Shown here: piece after piece, positions 60,594 to 64,000 of the stretch
How the letters are laid out: each line of letters opens with the position of its first letter
How positions within the stretch are numbered: the first letter of the stretch is position 1
Assembly: GCA_964270895.1 (NCBI GenBank)
Contig: OZ185440.1
Length of the DNA stretch: 64,000 bases
Direction: 5' to 3' (one strand)
From: Podarcis filfolensis
Lineage: Eukaryota
The notes under the pieces: model-generated
Database searches by the model: none
What the model was told of the DNA's origin: nothing
Seen by the model: the letters and a program-made list of their open reading frames with translations, nothing else
Program-made: the position numbers and the translations under genes

Positions 60594-62989
60594 GGAGAGA
60601 AGGAAGAGGAAACCACCACCACCCCAAAAAAATGAAGGTGAAAGTGGAGCTCCAGCAGACTCAGCCACTCTGGACCAAGGCAAGGCTGGTCTGGGGAGGC
60701 TGGGATGTCCCCCCCCCCCGGGAGAATTGTTAAACTGGACCCTGCCTATCCAGCCAGAGGGAGAGGCAATCCCTGGAGGATCTCTGGAGAATCTCCTTTA
60801 CGATCTTTGTGCCTGGGACAAATCATTGATGCCACCAGGCCTTCTGAAGATGAAGCTGCAGTGAGCAATGATGTCTCCAACAAGTTATTGTCGATAACAC
60901 TGTGTTCTAACAAGGCACATTACAGTGTCAGGTGTGCGTGCACAGGGGCACAATTCCAGCTATCTTAAGCTTCAAAGGAATTATGCTGTTGACTTTAGTG
61001 GAGTTGGGGTTTAGCCACAGTTACCCCCCAACGTCCCGTTCTTATTGTGGCGCTGTTTAGAGAAGCAGTATTTACCAAGCACTGCTGTGTTGTTAAGAGG
61101 GCTACGCAGCATGCATAGTTTGTGCATTTCTAGATAAATCAGAACCACCTTTGAGTTATTTTATAATTTAAGAATGAGAAATCTCAACCCTGTGGGGATT
61201 ATGCCTCCCAAAGCAACACAAGCTGGTGCCTGATAATAAGCGTGACTTCCTAAGCAACATGTAAGCCTACAACAATATAGAATTTGGATCAGCATTTCTT
61301 GAAACTGACTGCCCATTCTAAATCTATAGCTATTTATCCAAATAACAAACAATTGCACTGATACCAGATTATAATGAAATAACATCACTGCTTTTGGACT
61401 CAGTTTTGAACTATCAATATCATATGTATCGCCAAAAGGATAAAAAAATTAGCAGTGAATCTCACCCCACCCACATTTTTTTTTACCCAGCATTCCAGTT
61501 ATGAGTGCAGAAATCATACACTTCACATGACATATTTTATACATTAACAGGATGGCATTTTTTTAATCAGAAGATAAATTAAACATTTAAAGTCAATTAA
61601 CCAGTGGAGGATCAGTTTGATTTGATGAGAGACAAATATTAATGATGGGTTCAAATAAAAAGGAATCTATATTCTATTTACTTGGTTTCCATCAAGTAAG
61701 CATCTGTAGCTCTCATAGAACTACAGTCTGCAAGGTTTGTTTGTTTGTTTGACTTTTAAACTACTCATTATCAAATAAAGAGCATTGGCTTGGTTTGTAT
61801 ATAACACTAAACCATGGTTTATTAAACCACAACTTTAATGTGTGACACCAGCCAGTGGTTTATGGTTTGTTTATTATGGTTAAAGGTTGCTTGTAGTTGT
61901 TTTATAAACCTTGGTTAACATTAACCATAGATAGCATTACATGCTGTCAAGGACCAGAAGCACTCTGAAGAGTGTGCGGCAGAGGCAGGGGGCCAAGAGA
62001 GGGACCCAGAAGAGAGGACCAGCAATCTATGGGGGTTTGATGCTGCCTGCAAGGCAGGATCTGAGAAAAGAGGAGGAGGAAGGGGAAGGGGAAGGGGAGT
62101 CTCAGATAGAGGGAAGAACACAGGATGTGGCAGAAGAGGAAGAGATTGTTCAGGCTGACTCTCTGCTACCCCCCACCCTGCCTGTCTCCTAGAACCAGGA
62201 GGGGCTTGAAGAGGGAAGAGCAATAATGGCTTCTGTGTAGGTGGAGCCTCAGGTTGTGCATGCCACCATCAGACAAGGGTACATAAGCTGGTGGGGGACA
62301 TGGTCCCCTTGTTACTGCAACTGCTCCACAGGGCACAAATCTGGGGGCAGCTGCCCAAAGGCTAGAAGTGTGCGTGCATGGGTACCTGGAGCACCATGGG
62401 AGCTGCTGTAAGTGCTTCTTTGTCATGTGCCTTCATTTGCTGGGTGGGCGGCAGGGCACATGCAAACTCAAATCTCTGCCATTACTTTATGGTTATGGAG
62501 CTGTCATAGTCCACAGCAGAGAGTGAAGAGTGGCAATAAAAAATAAAAATCAAGCTGCTCTCAAGGTTGCTCTCTCTGATACTTTTAGCTCAGGCAACAA
62601 CTGATTTAGGCAGGTCTGATGGACACGCAATTGTCCACGCGCAAATGGTGCCGAACCTGGAAGTAACCGTCGCACAAAACGAGGATTACTAATAAATGAT
62701 GGTAACTACCTGATGCCTCAGCTTGAACTGGCATTTTTATAATTATGGTTAACATTAACTACGGTTATTAATGTTAACTTAATGATTTAGCATTATTTGT
62801 GGACCAGGCCACTATATAAAATAAGATTACAAAATAAAGTAAATAGTATAATAAGTTAGCATCTCACAACAATAAAAAGTAAGAGTTATTTTAGAAAACA
62901 CTAAAATAGCAACCAAAAGTTTTCTAAAGATAAACATTTTATACTGTAAGTGCACAACAGCAGGGCTAAAATCTTGAATAATCAGATCA

Positions 62990-63400
62990 AACTCCTCTGA
63001 ACACTTGGGCTGAACACGTGCCTCTTAACCTGGTGCCAACAGCTTAACAGTGAAGCCATCTACACTGAATTCTGGAGTTGGGGTGCCACAACAGAGAAGA
63101 CCTTAGCCTGTGGTCATCACACAGTGCGTTAAACTTGCTACTGGTCTCAGCCCCTGGGTTGTATTACAAGCGGAGAGAGACTCTGTCAAATATTTAGATT
63201 CCAAGTAAGTTAGGGCTTCATATATCATCATTAACACCTTAAACCTGGCTTCATAGGCAGCCAGTGCTGATCCTGAAGAATTGCTGTTACATGATTCTGC
63301 ACAAATGTACCTGTCAGCAGTCTTTGCTGAAGTTTCCGAATTATCTTCCAATTGAAGCCCAACATACAGTAGCCTAACCATGAGGTAACTAGAAAATGGA
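62990..63400 (-). mobile_element. Degraded L2 3' fragment
   Basis: LLYVGLQL...RFKVLMMIYEAL..L..KYL resembles the L2 ORF2 C-terminus. Boundaries are approximate. Confidence 0.65.
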
Positions 63401-63461
63401 TTACCATAATAAGACTATCATGGTTCAGGAACAGTCAAAGCTGGTAAATCAGTCATAGCTG

Positions 63462-63678
63462 CAGGGCTGTCTTTAGCATATGCGTTGCTGGGGTGCAAAG
63501 ATCTGCCTAGTGCCCCCCCCCACTCGCCTGTAACAACGATGCAGCAAAAAAAAACCACACACACACAAAAAACCCAAACCAACTGCTTTTGTCTGACGCT
63601 ATGGAGTAACAGAGCAATGGAGGAGGGACCGGTATGCAGTGGGTAAACATTTGGTGCCCCCGGGTGAAGAGGGCCCTG
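63462..63678. mobile_element. hAT MITE, 217 bp
   Basis: Termini CAGGGC...GCCCTG with a perfect 8-bp TSD CATAGCTG at 63454-63461 and 63679-63686. Confidence 0.85.
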
Positions 63679-64000
63679 CATAGCTGATTCCTTACCACTG
63701 GTGTTCCCTGGGCCTCATAACAATACTACATCTAGGAGTATCCTCAGGCTATAAACCTGCTATTTCAGGAGGAGTGCAACTCCATTTAAAACAGGCTGTT
63801 CATCAGATTTCTGAACGTAGGAATCACTAACAAAAGTGCCTCCATCTTGTCAGAATTAAGCTTCAGTTTGTTAGCACTCATCCAAACCATTGCTGCTTCC
63901 AGGCACTTGTTCAGCACTGCACAGTTTCATCAGTTTCTGATGGTATGGAAAAGTAGAGCTGGATGTCATACACACATTGGTGACACTGAGCTCCAAATCC

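Larger units (their letters stand above)
59270..60900 (-). mobile_element. Decayed DIRS/Ngaro-like retrotransposon, interrupted by a microsatellite and an hAT MITE
   Basis: Minus-strand RT remnants DLKRLNKRV...FKMETL...MDLSKAY, FQY..LSFGLKSPP and YLNSVLIRA...LQHHGFVVN.KKS match DIRS-type RT motifs. Outer boundaries are uncertain. Confidence 0.6.

Noticed and set aside
26859-64000. Upstream PTPRF Ig1 exons (VIEFDD...YECTATNSLGEI-type sequence)
   Set aside because: A scan by eye found no match with splice sites, so they probably lie beyond the right edge. A TBLASTN would confirm.

Overview
This is vertebrate DNA, most likely a squamate reptile judging by its repeat families. Nearly all of it is intron of a minus-strand LAR-family receptor tyrosine phosphatase gene, best matching PTPRF (LAR). 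Two constitutive Ig2 exons are present (26670-26858 and 8480-8590), plus two unannotated in-frame microexons: meA6 GGTPIR (17319-17336) and meB DPRE (1328-1339). A third candidate at 24559-24597 begins with ESI, like the PTPRD meA3 microexon, but lacks a GT donor at the expected 9-nt position. With the donors that are available, it would be in frame only when meA6 is also included and would create a stop codon otherwise. Two possible routes to a truncated two-Ig product lie just downstream of the 8480-8590 exon. The only long ORF (789 aa) belongs to a young, 5'-truncated Rex1/Babar LINE with a perfect 14-bp target site duplication (TSD). The rest is a mosaic of CR1, L2, SINEs, a solo LTR, a decayed DIRS-like element, hAT and pogo MITEs, fold-back elements, microsatellites and one assembly gap. 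Family assignments come from remembered motifs, not database searches.
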